Virus record (IMG/VR): IMGVR_UViG_3300017917_001123
Coordinates: 1-64,000 of that record
Direction: 5' to 3' (one strand)
Length of the DNA stretch: 64,000 bases
Below, piece after piece: positions 7,172-17,356 of the stretch. How positions within the stretch are numbered: position 1 is the stretch's first letter; the number at the start of each line of letters is the position of its first letter. The position numbers were made by a program, and so were the translations under genes. A model generated the notes under the pieces. That model was given only the letters and a program-made list of their open reading frames with translations, did not search any database and was not told where the DNA came from.

Positions 7172-9082
7172 ATGTCAAAAATTATAGGTATTGACCTAGG
7201 TACAACAAACTCTTGCGTGGCTATCATCGATGGCCCAAATGCTAAAGTTATCGAAAACTCAGAAGGCGCAAGAACAACCCCTTCAATTATTGCTTACACT
7301 AACGAAGAAGTGCTCGTTGGCGCAACTGCCAAACGACAAGCAGTAACAAATCCAAAAAATACATTGTACGCCGTTAAGCGTCTTATTGGACGTAAGTTCA
7401 GTGAGAAAGAAGTACAAAAAGACATCGACTTGATGCCTTACAAAATTATTCAAGCAGACAACGGTGATGCTTGGGTAGAAGCAAACGGTCAAAAACTTGC
7501 TCCGCCACAAATTAGTGCTGAGGTTCTTCGCAAGATGAAAAAGACCGCAGAGGATTTTTTAGGTGAAGAAGTTACAAAAGCAGTTATTACAGTTCCAGCA
7601 TACTTTAACGACTCACAAAGACAGGCTACAAAGGACGCTGGTAAGATCGCCGGCTTGGAAGTACTCCGTATTATTAACGAGCCTACTGCGGCAGCTCTTG
7701 CTTATGGTGTTGATAAAGCTGATGGTAAAGACAGGAAAGTTGCTGTTTACGATCTTGGTGGTGGTACATTCGACATTAGCATCATTGAAATCGCGAATGT
7801 CGACGGTGATAAGCAGATTGAAGTTCTAAGCACCAACGGTGACACGTTCTTAGGCGGTGAAGACTTTGACCAACGCATCATGGACTATCTAGTAGCAGAG
7901 TTCAAAAAGGACAACGGCGTTGACCTAAAGAGTGATGTTCTTGCTCTTCAGCGTCTAAAAGAAGCCGCAGAAAAGGCAAAGATCGAATTGTCTAGCTCTG
8001 CTAGCACAGATGTTAACTTGCCTTACATTACTGCCGACGCAAGTGGTCCTAAGCACATGAACGTTAAGATCACTCGTGCTAAGTTTGAAAGTTTAGTTGA
8101 GGATCTAGTAGAACGCAGTCTAGAGCCATGCCGCATTGCACTAAAAGACGCAGGTCTAAGTGCCAGCGACATCGACGAAGTTATCCTAGTCGGTGGCCAG
8201 ACTCGTATGCCTAAGGTACAAGAAGCAGTTGAGAAGTTGTTTGGCAAGGCACCACGTAAGGATGTTAACCCAGACGAAGCAGTTGCTGTCGGCGCCGCAG
8301 TTCAAGGGCAAGTGTTAGGCGGTGGACGCACTGACGTTCTATTGCTTGACGTTACTCCATTGAGTCTTGGTATCGAGACGCAAGGTGGTGTTATGACTAA
8401 GATGATTAAGAAGAATACTACTATTCCGACTAAGCATAGTCAAACATACAGTACTGCCGAAGACAATCAGCCAGCAGTTACAATTAAAGTCTATCAAGGT
8501 GAACGTGACCTAGTTGCTTATAATAAACTATTGGGCGAGTTTAACTTAGAAGGCATTGATCCTGCTCCACGCGGTATGCCTCAAATTGAAGTTACATTCG
8601 ATATCGACGCAAACGGCATTCTTGACGTCCATGCTAAGGATAAGAAAACTGGCAAGGAAAAGAAAATTACTATCAAAGCAAGTTCTGGTCTAAGTGACGC
8701 AGAAATTGAAAAGATGGTACAGGAAGCCGAAGCCAATGCCGAAGCAGATAAAGAGGCAGTTGCCCTAATTAATCTTCGAAACGAAACCGACGTTCTAATC
8801 CACATGACTGAAAAGTTAATGAAGGAATTGGGCGAAAGCGGTGTTTCGCTAGACGAAGAAGATCAGGCAAAAGAGTCAATCGAAAAAGCCAAAGAAGCTC
8901 TAAAAGGCAACAACAAGTCAACTATTGAAAAAGCTCAAGACGAAGTTAAGGAATGGCACAAGAAGTTCCTACAAAAGTCTCAAGAGCAAAATGAGGCCAA
9001 CAAGCAAGAGTCCGAAATTGACAAGGGACAAAAGCCGGGCTACGAAAATGTAGTTGATGCCGAGTTTACGGAGAAATCTTGA
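7172..9082 (+). CDS. dnaK: Hsp70 chaperone DnaK
   Basis: [26 protein letters not shown]-terminal VDAEF; AAGGAG RBS. Confidence 0.97.
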   Translation: MSKIIGIDLGTTNSCVAIIDGPNAKVIENSEGARTTPSIIAYTNEEVLVGATAKRQAVTNPKNTLYAVKRLIGRKFSEKEVQKDIDLMPYKIIQADNGDAWVEANGQKLAPPQISAEVLRKMKKTAEDFLGEEVTKAVITVPAYFNDSQRQATKDAGKIAGLEVLRIINEPTAAALAYGVDKADGKDRKVAVYDLGGGTFDISIIEIANVDGDKQIEVLSTNGDTFLGGEDFDQRIMDYLVAEFKKDNGVDLKSDVLALQRLKEAAEKAKIELSSSASTDVNLPYITADASGPKHMNVKITRAKFESLVEDLVERSLEPCRIALKDAGLSASDIDEVILVGGQTRMPKVQEAVEKLFGKAPRKDVNPDEAVAVGAAVQGQVLGGGRTDVLLLDVTPLSLGIETQGGVMTKMIKKNTTIPTKHSQTYSTAEDNQPAVTIKVYQGERDLVAYNKLLGEFNLEGIDPAPRGMPQIEVTFDIDANGILDVHAKDKKTGKEKKITIKASSGLSDAEIEKMVQEAEANAEADKEAVALINLRNETDVLIHMTEKLMKELGESGVSLDEEDQAKESIEKAKEALKGNNKSTIEKAQDEVKEWHKKFLQKSQEQNEANKQESEIDKGQKPGYENVVDAEFTEKS

Positions 9083-9507
9083 AACAAAAGCTAGTCGAGG
9101 CTTATATGGACACGGCTGAGAGATTTGCCGAGCTCAGCCATGCCCGCAGACTACATGTTGGTGCGATCGTCGTAAAAGATGATCGCATCATCTCAATCGG
9201 TTACAACGGTATGCCTGCCGGTTGGGACAACAACTGTGAATTTCCAATTCAACATTCTGACGATACGGTAGAACTAAAAACACGGCCCGAAGTTTTACAT
9301 GCCGAAACTAATGCCATTTCTAAATTAGCAAAAAGCACAGAGTCTGGAAATGGTGCTACTATGTTTGTAACACATAGCCCGTGCTTAGATTGTGCCAAGC
9401 TGATTTACCAATCTGGTATCAATACAGTATATTATCGAAATTCTTACCGAAGCGAAGACGGTATAAAATTTCTGGAAAAATCTGGTGTAACAGTAGAAAA
9501 GGTTTAA
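9079..9507 (+). CDS. dCMP deaminase
   Basis: GYNG, HAE.NA, PCxxC. Confidence 0.92.
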   Translation: MKQKLVEAYMDTAERFAELSHARRLHVGAIVVKDDRIISIGYNGMPAGWDNNCEFPIQHSDDTVELKTRPEVLHAETNAISKLAKSTESGNGATMFVTHSPCLDCAKLIYQSGINTVYYRNSYRSEDGIKFLEKSGVTVEKV

Positions 9508-9511
9508 CCTA

Positions 9512-9670
9512 ATGCGTAAGGCTTGGCGGTTATGGGCAAAGGCAATTGGGGAAAAGTCCGGTAGGACTGTACAAGAAGCCGATACTGTTGCTATAATTAG
9601 AACAGTAATTTTGCTCACGTACCTAATTACTAATGGTTTTATTATAGCGGGTGTTATTCGACATTGGTAG
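9512..9670 (+). CDS. Small membrane protein (52 aa)
   Basis: Hand-translated MRKAWRLWAKAIGEK...IIAGVIRHW; hydrophobic C-terminus. Confidence 0.6.
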   Translation: MRKAWRLWAKAIGEKSGRTVQEADTVAIIRTVILLTYLITNGFIIAGVIRHW

Positions 9671-9741
9671 CCATTATGTAGGTACATAATGATATTTTGC
9701 GTACTTGAGTAAATACATAAGCAAACGCCGTGGAGACTAAC

Positions 9742-10470
9742 GTGGCAAACGCAAAAGAAATCAACTGGTCGGAACTAACAAGAGAAAACCTCTATTCTTA
9801 TTTTAACTCACTAGGCAAAGACGTAGTGGGCCAAAGCCTGACTGCTGATCAAATACAAAAGAAGATCAGCAAGCACATTAAAAAATCCATTCCAATTAGA
9901 ATTGCTAAAGCAGTAGACCCTAGCATCAAACAAACTTTCATATACATCGGCGGATGGTATTATAGTGGACGTGATAAAGAAGGTAAATCTGCTATTACTA
10001 TCGAATTCAGTTATCACCCGTTTGACGAAAAATATAAAATAACACCCTATCGTTGGAGACGCATGGCTCTAACTTTTTCCGATGTTTTACTTCACGAAAT
10101 TGTACACATGAGACAATTCCGTGCTAGAAACTTTAAATCAATTCCCGGATATCAAAGTACAGCTGAACGAGCCAAAGATCGTAAAAACCAAGAGTACTAC
10201 GGTGACCGAGATGAAATGGGTGCGTATGCTTTTAACATTGCCTGTGAAATGATTGATCGTTTTAGCTACGATCCAAAATTGATCAAGGAATATTTAGATA
10301 GCGACAACGCAAGACGCCATAAGAATAGTTCTTGGTTTAGATATCTTAAAGCATTTAACTTCGACCACAATCATGCTATCATCCGTAGAATGAAGAAAAA
10401 AGTTCTACATCAACTAGATAACGCCTATTATGGCAAGCCTTTTAAAACACCAGATTGGTTAACTTACTAA
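9742..10470 (+). CDS. HExxH zincin-like metalloprotein
   Basis: LLHEIVHMRQ and downstream E..AY; GGAG before GTG 9742. Confidence 0.6.
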   Translation: MANAKEINWSELTRENLYSYFNSLGKDVVGQSLTADQIQKKISKHIKKSIPIRIAKAVDPSIKQTFIYIGGWYYSGRDKEGKSAITIEFSYHPFDEKYKITPYRWRRMALTFSDVLLHEIVHMRQFRARNFKSIPGYQSTAERAKDRKNQEYYGDRDEMGAYAFNIACEMIDRFSYDPKLIKEYLDSDNARRHKNSSWFRYLKAFNFDHNHAIIRRMKKKVLHQLDNAYYGKPFKTPDWLTY

Positions 10471-10480
10471 TCATTAAGGC

Positions 10481-10509
10481 TTGACCTTACCCAAATTCCA
10501 TAGTATAAT
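10481..10509 (+). promoter_or_regulatory. sigma70 promoter (leaderless mRNA)
   Basis: TTGACC-17-TATAAT-6-ATG. Confidence 0.7.
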
Positions 10510-10515
10510 AGAACT

Positions 10516-10752
10516 ATGGATATCTTTATAAACACTCATAAAAGCCAAGTCCGTAAGGTAAAACCTGGAGATAAACATTTCCGGATTAATGACGGAATAA
10601 TGATGGCTGATCGAGCATATATCGAAATCACAAATCAGTGTCCAACAAATATTGCTAACCTTATTTTGGAAGCGTATAGTTGTGGTTGGATTAAACCGGT
10701 CGCAAACATGACCGAAAGAGAAATGATGTTTTTAGGCCTTACTCAAGAATGA
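10516..10752 (+). CDS. Hypothetical protein
   Basis: ORF directly after promoter. Confidence 0.7.
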   Translation: MDIFINTHKSQVRKVKPGDKHFRINDGIMMADRAYIEITNQCPTNIANLILEAYSCGWIKPVANMTEREMMFLGLTQE

Positions 10753-10988
10753 AAAGAATTATACTTCTAGCCCTGTTGATTACTCTAACTGCTTGCTCAG
10801 AAAATACCCGCAAGCCTTTATATCCTACAACTGGTGTTTCTGTAAAAACTCTCAGTGGATACTTTGATGGTAAGATTTCTGTTCTATGTATCGACGGTAT
10901 AAAATATATTGCTACTGAACAGGGCGGTATTACTGTTAAATTCCAATCGTGGAGTGATACAGACCCGACAGTAGAGGAATGCGAATGA
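10749..10988 (+). CDS. Small lipoprotein
   Basis: Signal peptide with lipobox LTAC. Confidence 0.7.
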   Translation: MKRIILLALLITLTACSENTRKPLYPTTGVSVKTLSGYFDGKISVLCIDGIKYIATEQGGITVKFQSWSDTDPTVEECE

Positions 10989-11123
10989 ACACAGGCACAC
11001 AACGCTCTAACTTGCCGTTTGAAGATATTTTTTCTGATAATTACACTACAGACGGCCCTACACTCCTGAGCCGACAACAGTCCAAAAAGACAAGCGAACA
11101 ATTACTACGTAAAAAGGTAAAGA

Positions 11124-11867
11124 ATGAAAAAGAAACTAAACATTAATGTCAAGCCACAAGTTCCACAGCAACCGGCTCCTCAAGTACAAAAGCAAGCGGC
11201 GGCTCCTGCTCCGCAAGCTCAAGCACAATCAGGTGAGAAAAAGAATCCATCAGTTATGATTCTAGTTCCAGCAATGGAAATGGTTAACGCAGAATTTGCC
11301 CAGCACTTGGCTATGGCTTCGGCTAATATGGTTGCTCACGGTATTAAAATTAACTGTGCGTTCAACATTGGATCGGTCATTACTATTGCTCGACGCAATC
11401 TAACTGACATTTTCTTAAAGAGCGATTTTGACTATGCCTGGTGGATCGATAGCGACATGAAGTTTCCAATCGACGCACCTATTAAATTATTGAAGCGTGG
11501 TGTTCCACTTGTTGGGGCGAACTATCGCAGACGTCGTTTCCCAAATCCAGGATTTACTGGCATGATGGGAACTGCTGGAAAGTATTCCGAACTTGTTACA
11601 GACGACAACAGTCCAGCAATGCAGAAAGTCGATGTTCTACCGCATGGATGCGTTATGGTACATCGCTCAGTATATGAGAAGATTCCCCAGCCGCACTATC
11701 TACAAGATTACATTCCAGAAATTAATTTGGAAATTGGCGAGGACATTTATTTCTGCGACAAAGCAAAACAAGCAGGATTTGATGTGTGGTGTGATCACGA
11801 ATTGAGCAGAGAAATTTCTCATATCGGTATCTTCCACTTTAACTACAACTTATCAGTACCGCAATAA
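11124..11867 (+). CDS. GT-A fold glycosyltransferase-like protein
   Basis: ARR..., WIDSDM, GEDIYFC...DHELS. Confidence 0.75.
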   Translation: MKKKLNINVKPQVPQQPAPQVQKQAAAPAPQAQAQSGEKKNPSVMILVPAMEMVNAEFAQHLAMASANMVAHGIKINCAFNIGSVITIARRNLTDIFLKSDFDYAWWIDSDMKFPIDAPIKLLKRGVPLVGANYRRRRFPNPGFTGMMGTAGKYSELVTDDNSPAMQKVDVLPHGCVMVHRSVYEKIPQPHYLQDYIPEINLEIGEDIYFCDKAKQAGFDVWCDHELSREISHIGIFHFNYNLSVPQ

Positions 11868-11885
11868 CACAGAGAAGGAGGTCCT

Positions 11886-12047
11886 ATGGACTTTGAAGCA
11901 ATCGAGCTACGAAAAGTAAAAAACGGTGTAATTGTTCTAATTAGAACAGACGAAGAAGATGCTGAATATATCTTCGATACTAATCGTAAAGCTCTAAAAT
12001 TTGTCAAGGACCTATTAGAAGGTAAAGGCCAAGTAAATGCTGAATGA
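11886..12047 (+). CDS. Small hypothetical protein (53 aa)
   Basis: Strong AAGGAGG RBS; hand-translated MDFEAIELRKVKNG... Confidence 0.7.
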   Translation: MDFEAIELRKVKNGVIVLIRTDEEDAEYIFDTNRKALKFVKDLLEGKGQVNAE

Positions 12048-12414
12048 AGTTTTTCTTTTTCTCATCCTACTTCAAATTAAACATTGGTATATTGATTTTG
12101 TAAACCAAAGTGAAGCTGAAGTAGTAGGTAAAGGAATTTACGGAAACCAGGAGGGAATTAATCATTCTCTCAAGCAGGCATTAGGAACGTTTCTTGCTGT
12201 TCTTATTATCACAGGGTTTCCTTATATTGTTTGGGCGGGTATTTTAGCGTTTATTGATTTCTTTCTTCATTACCATATCGATTGGGCTAAAATCAATATC
12301 AACAAAAAATACAACTATACGGTCAAAGACAAACAGTTTTGGGCGTGGCTTGGTGCTGACCAACTAGCTCACCAACTTACATACATTGGCCTAGCTTGGA
12401 TGATGTTTGGATGA
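12037..12414 (+). CDS. DUF3307-like membrane protein
   Basis: KH..DF..Q, H..H, HYHIDW, DQLAH. Confidence 0.75.
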   Translation: MLNEVFLFLILLQIKHWYIDFVNQSEAEVVGKGIYGNQEGINHSLKQALGTFLAVLIITGFPYIVWAGILAFIDFFLHYHIDWAKININKKYNYTVKDKQFWAWLGADQLAHQLTYIGLAWMMFG

Positions 12415-12764
12415 AAAAGGTAAAGAAAGAATATAAGGTCGGTGACGATGCCTGGGTTTACGGTGTAAGCTCAGGCGCCGGCTTTAATAAACCTGTCAAA
12501 GGTAAAGTAGTACACACAATGGAAATTGATGGTTTTTCGGGTGTACACTATGTAATTGCCATTGACACAGAAATCGAAGCTCTTTTAGAAGTAAGGACTT
12601 GGGAAACTATTAGTCAAGACTCTAAAGGGCCAATTGGTAGTTTTAGAGAAGCACTTACAAAGTATTCCCCAGCAAGAAAACTTCTGTCACGTACAGGGTT
12701 AATTTTGCCGGTTGACGATATCTATGACGAAGAACCAAATGAAGATAACAATCCGGAATCCTGA
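12411..12764 (+). CDS. Hypothetical protein
   Basis: Translationally coupled ORF. Confidence 0.65.
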   Translation: MKKVKKEYKVGDDAWVYGVSSGAGFNKPVKGKVVHTMEIDGFSGVHYVIAIDTEIEALLEVRTWETISQDSKGPIGSFREALTKYSPARKLLSRTGLILPVDDIYDEEPNEDNNPES

Positions 12765-12927
12765 AATAGCTAGTCTTGCCGGCGACTGGTGTAATCAACA
12801 GTTTGGGGAAGAGGGCTGGGATCTTTGGACTCAAGATATTTTCTCAAAAAGCCCAACATATAAATTTGAGTTCTTTAAAGAAAAAGATTTAGTCCTGTTT
12901 AGTTTAAGATGGAGCGAATACGTATAA
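12739..12927 (+). CDS. Small hypothetical protein (F.LRWS family)
   Basis: Ends LFSLRWSEYV. Confidence 0.6.
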   Translation: MKITIRNPEIASLAGDWCNQQFGEEGWDLWTQDIFSKSPTYKFEFFKEKDLVLFSLRWSEYV

Positions 12928-13208
12928 ACTTTCATGATCATGGACAAGGGACTGAGATTTACAACAATCTTCAGCAAGCTCACATGAAAGAATTCGGACA
13001 ACCAGCAGATTTCTATTCAGGATATTATGAGAAGAAAACAGAATGGCGATCACAACTTACGGAATGGATTTCCAAACAAGGGTACCCTTGCCAAGCATGG
13101 TGTCAGAGGACGAAGCCCAATGGAGAACAAATTTTGGAAAAATACTTGCCAGTGGGCATAGAACTCGAAAGCCCTGGCAGTACCTTGTTCTTGATGAGGT
13201 GGTCGTGA
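12909..13208 (+). CDS. Small hypothetical protein (F.LRWS family)
   Basis: Ends LFLMRWS. Confidence 0.6.
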   Translation: MERIRINFHDHGQGTEIYNNLQQAHMKEFGQPADFYSGYYEKKTEWRSQLTEWISKQGYPCQAWCQRTKPNGEQILEKYLPVGIELESPGSTLFLMRWS

Positions 13209-13474
13209 CTACTAAAGAAATTGTTGTTCATACATTTCAAATGGGTGATGTAGATGATCCAGATTTGTATGCGGCAGAGCCACTATACCAGTGGCAACAG
13301 AGCGATCAAGGTAAGTGGGTTATGGAACGTGCTATTGAGGTGCCGGTGTGGCACAGAATGGCAGACCCCGCAAACTTTGGTCACAAGTACTTGATAACAG
13401 CAACGTTTCAAGAAAAACATATTACAGAATTTTATTTGAGGTTTGGAAATGCCTATAAGGGAATATCAATGTGA
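13205..13474 (+). CDS. Small hypothetical protein (F.LRWS family)
   Basis: GTG after GAGG; GDVDDPDLYAA...EFYLRFG. Confidence 0.6.
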   Translation: MTTKEIVVHTFQMGDVDDPDLYAAEPLYQWQQSDQGKWVMERAIEVPVWHRMADPANFGHKYLITATFQEKHITEFYLRFGNAYKGISM

Positions 13475-13622
13475 AGAATGTGGTTCAGAGTGGGAAGAAC
13501 TTCGCCGTGATCAAACGGACCCAGAAGAATGTCCTAATTGTGGAGAGAAGGATTGCGTCCATCGAAAACTCGCCGCAGGATCCTTCCAATTTAAAACAAA
13601 AGGGTTCTCTGGTACAACTTAA
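13449..13622 (+). CDS. FmdB-like zinc-ribbon protein (57 aa)
   Basis: Hand-translated MPIREYQCEECG...CPNCG...FQFKTKGF. Confidence 0.75.
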   Translation: MPIREYQCEECGSEWEELRRDQTDPEECPNCGEKDCVHRKLAAGSFQFKTKGFSGTT

Positions 13623-13650
13623 ACCAAAGAAATGATGTTATAATAGTCGT

Positions 13651-14592
13651 ATGACATTAAAGCCCGTTAACGCACACTTAGACGCTGTAACAATTACAGA
13701 CATCGAAAATCACAAGCAGATTACAACTGCTGAACTCTGTCGCGATCTAGATAACCTGAACAAGTTTGAAGCATTGGAAAATGCTAATAACTTTTCTGGA
13801 AATCCTTTTCTATATCACTTTCAATTTAAGAACTTGCTAAAATGTCGCAGACAAGATGGTAAGACTATCTACGACATTTGGAATGACAAGGCAGAGTGGG
13901 ATAAGTTAATCGAAAACACAAAGGTACGTAACAGAGGCGGCCGTACTGCCGCAGGTAACATATTTGAATGTTTTAGAATCAACTTAGGTAGTGTTGTTAT
14001 GTTTAAGGCAACAACTGCCAAATATCTTTATAAAAAGTACAAAGCAAAAAGCGTACTAGATCCCACAGCAGGGTGGGGAGGTCGTATGTTAGGTGCTTGG
14101 TCGTTAGGAATTAACTATACCGGTATTGACACTAACGTAGAAATGATTCCTGCGTATAACGACATGATAGCATTTTTAGATGCCCAGACTGGATTCGATA
14201 ATAGCCTATTCGAAGTAGAAAAAGACTTTAATCTTAAAATGATTTGGCAAAGTTGTTTAGATGTAGACTTTAGCCAGATTGACTACGATTTTGTCTTAAC
14301 TAGTCCGCCATATATTAATTTGGAAATATATGAACACATGGAACTGTGGGACTCTGATACAGCGTTTTATAAAGAGTTCTTTATTCCACTTTGGCAAAAG
14401 TGTGTCGACAATATCAAACCAGGCGGGCATGTATGCTTTAACATTAGTCCAAAAATGTATGAAGACGCAGTTAAAAATGGATTACCCGTTTGTCACGCAG
14501 AAGAAGACTTAAAACAACAAATGGGTCAAAAACATGACTCGCTCAAAAAAGGTAAAAAGAAACAGGACAAAATATACATTTGGAACTGTTGA
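13651..14592 (+). CDS. DNA amino-methyltransferase (m6A/m4C)
   Basis: Motif I DPTAGWGGR and motif IV TSPPY. Confidence 0.82.
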   Translation: MTLKPVNAHLDAVTITDIENHKQITTAELCRDLDNLNKFEALENANNFSGNPFLYHFQFKNLLKCRRQDGKTIYDIWNDKAEWDKLIENTKVRNRGGRTAAGNIFECFRINLGSVVMFKATTAKYLYKKYKAKSVLDPTAGWGGRMLGAWSLGINYTGIDTNVEMIPAYNDMIAFLDAQTGFDNSLFEVEKDFNLKMIWQSCLDVDFSQIDYDFVLTSPPYINLEIYEHMELWDSDTAFYKEFFIPLWQKCVDNIKPGGHVCFNISPKMYEDAVKNGLPVCHAEEDLKQQMGQKHDSLKKGKKKQDKIYIWNC

Positions 14593-14623
14593 CAAAACCT
14601 ACGAGCGATGTTATACTATTAGT

Positions 14624-15160
14624 ATGAAATTAACATGTCTTGATCTTGAATTTAATCAGCCTTCTGGAAAAATAGTCCAAATTGGCGCTGTTGTGGGCGA
14701 CACAAATAACGGCGAAGTTACACATCGTCTGCGTATCTACGTAGATCCAGGTGAGCCCATTGCTCCTTATATTACCGAACTTTGCGGTATTAGTCAGGAT
14801 CAAATTGATAAGCAAGGTGTACCTCTTAAGGACGCTTATCTAGAACTTAAAGACTTCCACAGAAAGTATTCAACTTTTATCAATCCGATTACCTGGGGAG
14901 GTGGCGATAGTCAGGCTGTGTTTGACAAGCTCGACGAAGACACTAGGGCAGATTGGTGTTTTGGACGTCGATGGATTGATGCCAAAACTCTACATGTAAG
15001 CAAAATGATTTCTGAAGGCCGAGTACTCTCAGGAGGACTAAGTACGAGCATGAAGCATTACGGTTTGAAGTTCCAAGGACGCAAACACGATGCTCTCGAC
15101 GATGCTGAAAACACTTTCAGGATCTATTATGAAATGTTAGTAAGGATGAGGAATAGGTAA
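14624..15160 (+). CDS. DEDDh 3'-5' exonuclease
   Basis: DLE, QIGAV, HDALDDA; TTGACA-17-TATACT-6-ATG. Confidence 0.88.
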   Translation: MKLTCLDLEFNQPSGKIVQIGAVVGDTNNGEVTHRLRIYVDPGEPIAPYITELCGISQDQIDKQGVPLKDAYLELKDFHRKYSTFINPITWGGGDSQAVFDKLDEDTRADWCFGRRWIDAKTLHVSKMISEGRVLSGGLSTSMKHYGLKFQGRKHDALDDAENTFRIYYEMLVRMRNR

Positions 15161-15468
15161 TGGGAGCCGCAAGAGAACCAGATCAGGCAGATTTTGATTT
15201 GGAAAGATTTGTTGACTTGTTTGACGAATGTATGACATCAACCAATCCTTCTGTACAAAAGGCATTTAAGAACTTACTATTAGTAGCAAGTATCGCAAAC
15301 AGTGATACAAGAAATGTTCCAGTAACAAAAGGGCCACTACGCAGGCTAGTGGATGATGTTTATAACTTAAATCGGCGATTAAGCAGATTAGAAGATGAAT
15401 TAAGGACTGAGCAAGGTTCTACAAAATTTGTGCCTACACTAGGACACACATTGTCAAATTTAAAATAA
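15160..15468 (+). CDS. Hypothetical protein
   Basis: Coupled ORF. Confidence 0.7.
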   Translation: MGAAREPDQADFDLERFVDLFDECMTSTNPSVQKAFKNLLLVASIANSDTRNVPVTKGPLRRLVDDVYNLNRRLSRLEDELRTEQGSTKFVPTLGHTLSNLK

Positions 15469-15477
15469 AGGAAAAAC

Positions 15478-15849
15478 ATGACAAACCCGTTTCGCGATCA
15501 AGAGAAATTTATGCGAGCCTGCGACCAATCTGTGGGCGAATACAATGAAGCACAATACAAACTCTATCTTGACCTAATGGAAGAAGAATGGAAAGAACTT
15601 CGAGTAGCGTTGGATAGTGGTGATCGTGTTGAACAACTGGATGCGCTGTTGGACTTTATTGTTGTTACAACAGGTGCTATCCATTCAGCAGGCTTTAACG
15701 GCGAAGGTGGATGGAAAGAAGTTATGAGTACAAACTTTGCCAAGATTGATAAAGAAACTGGCAAGGTGCGTAAGCGTGAAGATGGCAAGGTGCTAAAACC
15801 CGTAGGTTGGGTCGCACCTGATTTGAAACCTTTTATTACTAAGGAGTAA
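15478..15849 (+). CDS. MazG-like NTP pyrophosphatase
   Basis: EE.KEL, E.LDALLD, N.AK...REDGKVLKP. Confidence 0.85.
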   Translation: MTNPFRDQEKFMRACDQSVGEYNEAQYKLYLDLMEEEWKELRVALDSGDRVEQLDALLDFIVVTTGAIHSAGFNGEGGWKEVMSTNFAKIDKETGKVRKREDGKVLKPVGWVAPDLKPFITKE

Positions 15850-15851
15850 GT

Positions 15852-16523
15852 ATGTACACAAGTGTTTATCGTTCAGCAGGCGAGATTAATACTGCTATGG
15901 CACGTGTCTATGGACACATGGGACTGGCAGTTATTACTTCAATGATTGTTAGTTTCTTTGTTGGCAATAGTGCCGCATTGATGGAGTTTTTCTTTTCTGG
16001 GGCAATGAAGTGGGTAGTTATTTTTGCTCCGCTGGTCGCAATCCTAGGTGTTAGTGTTGCTATGGAAAAAATGAGCAAAAGTGCTCTAACAATTTTCCTA
16101 CACGGTTTTGCCGCATTGATGGGCTTGAGTTTTGCTACAATTTTTGTAGTCTATAACCTAGGTAGCATTGTATCGGCATTCATGGCCGCCGCAGTATTGT
16201 TTGGCACTATGAGCTTCTATGGTTACTTTACTAAAAAGAATCTAGACTCAATTGGCTCATTCTTGCTTGTTGGTCTAATTGCGATCATCATTGCTAGTAT
16301 TATCAACATTTTTATTGGTAGCACAGTATTCCAAATGGTTATTAGTGCGATTGCTGTACTTGTGTTCTTGGGGCTAACTGCCTATGACACACAAAAAATT
16401 CGTGAGTTGGTCAGTGTCGACAGCGACGGTAAAGCAGAGATTATGGGTGCTCTTAGCCTATACCTAGACTTTATTAACTTGTTCTTGTCACTGCTTCAAC
16501 TGTTTGGTGGACGTAAGGATTAA
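15852..16523 (+). CDS. Bax inhibitor-1/YccA family membrane protein
   Basis: 7 TM; AYDTQKI, ALSLYLDFINLF. Confidence 0.92.
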   Translation: MYTSVYRSAGEINTAMARVYGHMGLAVITSMIVSFFVGNSAALMEFFFSGAMKWVVIFAPLVAILGVSVAMEKMSKSALTIFLHGFAALMGLSFATIFVVYNLGSIVSAFMAAAVLFGTMSFYGYFTKKNLDSIGSFLLVGLIAIIIASIINIFIGSTVFQMVISAIAVLVFLGLTAYDTQKIRELVSVDSDGKAEIMGALSLYLDFINLFLSLLQLFGGRKD

Positions 16524-16525
16524 TA

Positions 16526-17356
16526 ATGCGTAACTATTGGACATGTACAAAATTTGCCGACTGGCTTCGTGGTACTACAAAAGGTGGTGCTAAGACAGCC
16601 GAAGGTTGGGATGAATGGGAGGCCCGTGCTAAGGCCGCTTACCCTATTCGTTGGTGGCTGGCCGAAGAAGGGCTAGACTACATCCAGCGGTTTGTTATGT
16701 ACATTCCTGACAAAATTTACGCCGTTAAGTATTACATCAACAATCGTTTCATTACCAAAACACATGCCCTAACCGCACATCCTCGTGATATTAAACCAGG
16801 TCAGTGGCATGATGTTGGTAATCGTTTTCTCCCTTGTTTGTTTAACGAGCTTGTTGATTTTGTCGAAGTAGAACTAGCATGGTGGCATCTTGCCTGGAAC
16901 GGCGAAGAAAGAGCCAAGTACAAAGCACCATGGTGGAGATTTGGATGGTGGAACATTAGACTCTGGCGCTGTCCACAAGCAGGACTAGATAATCTTGAAT
17001 GGCAACGTAACCTTCGTTGGACTGAAGATGAAGTAGGTCCAGACTCACCAAATCTCGGCAAACTCACACCGCAAGCAGTCAAAGCACAAGAAATCCTAGA
17101 CTTGTACAAGTGGTGGACTGAAGTATATCACAACAGACCAGACCCACATGAAGCAAGTGGGTGGAGTGCTTACTGTGAAGCAAGTCGTTTAGCTAACGGT
17201 GGCAAACTAAGTTGGAGCAGTGACAAGAGTCCTGAACTTAAAAAGATGAGCACCAAGGCGCATAAACTACTACGCAAGATTGAAGCAGACTATGAGAAAG
17301 AAGACGAACAAATGATGATTCGTTTAATCAAAGTTCGCCACGGACTATGGACATGA
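16526..17356 (+). CDS. Hypothetical Trp-rich phage protein
   Basis: 276-aa ORF in operon. Confidence 0.75.
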   Translation: MRNYWTCTKFADWLRGTTKGGAKTAEGWDEWEARAKAAYPIRWWLAEEGLDYIQRFVMYIPDKIYAVKYYINNRFITKTHALTAHPRDIKPGQWHDVGNRFLPCLFNELVDFVEVELAWWHLAWNGEERAKYKAPWWRFGWWNIRLWRCPQAGLDNLEWQRNLRWTEDEVGPDSPNLGKLTPQAVKAQEILDLYKWWTEVYHNRPDPHEASGWSAYCEASRLANGGKLSWSSDKSPELKKMSTKAHKLLRKIEADYEKEDEQMMIRLIKVRHGLWT

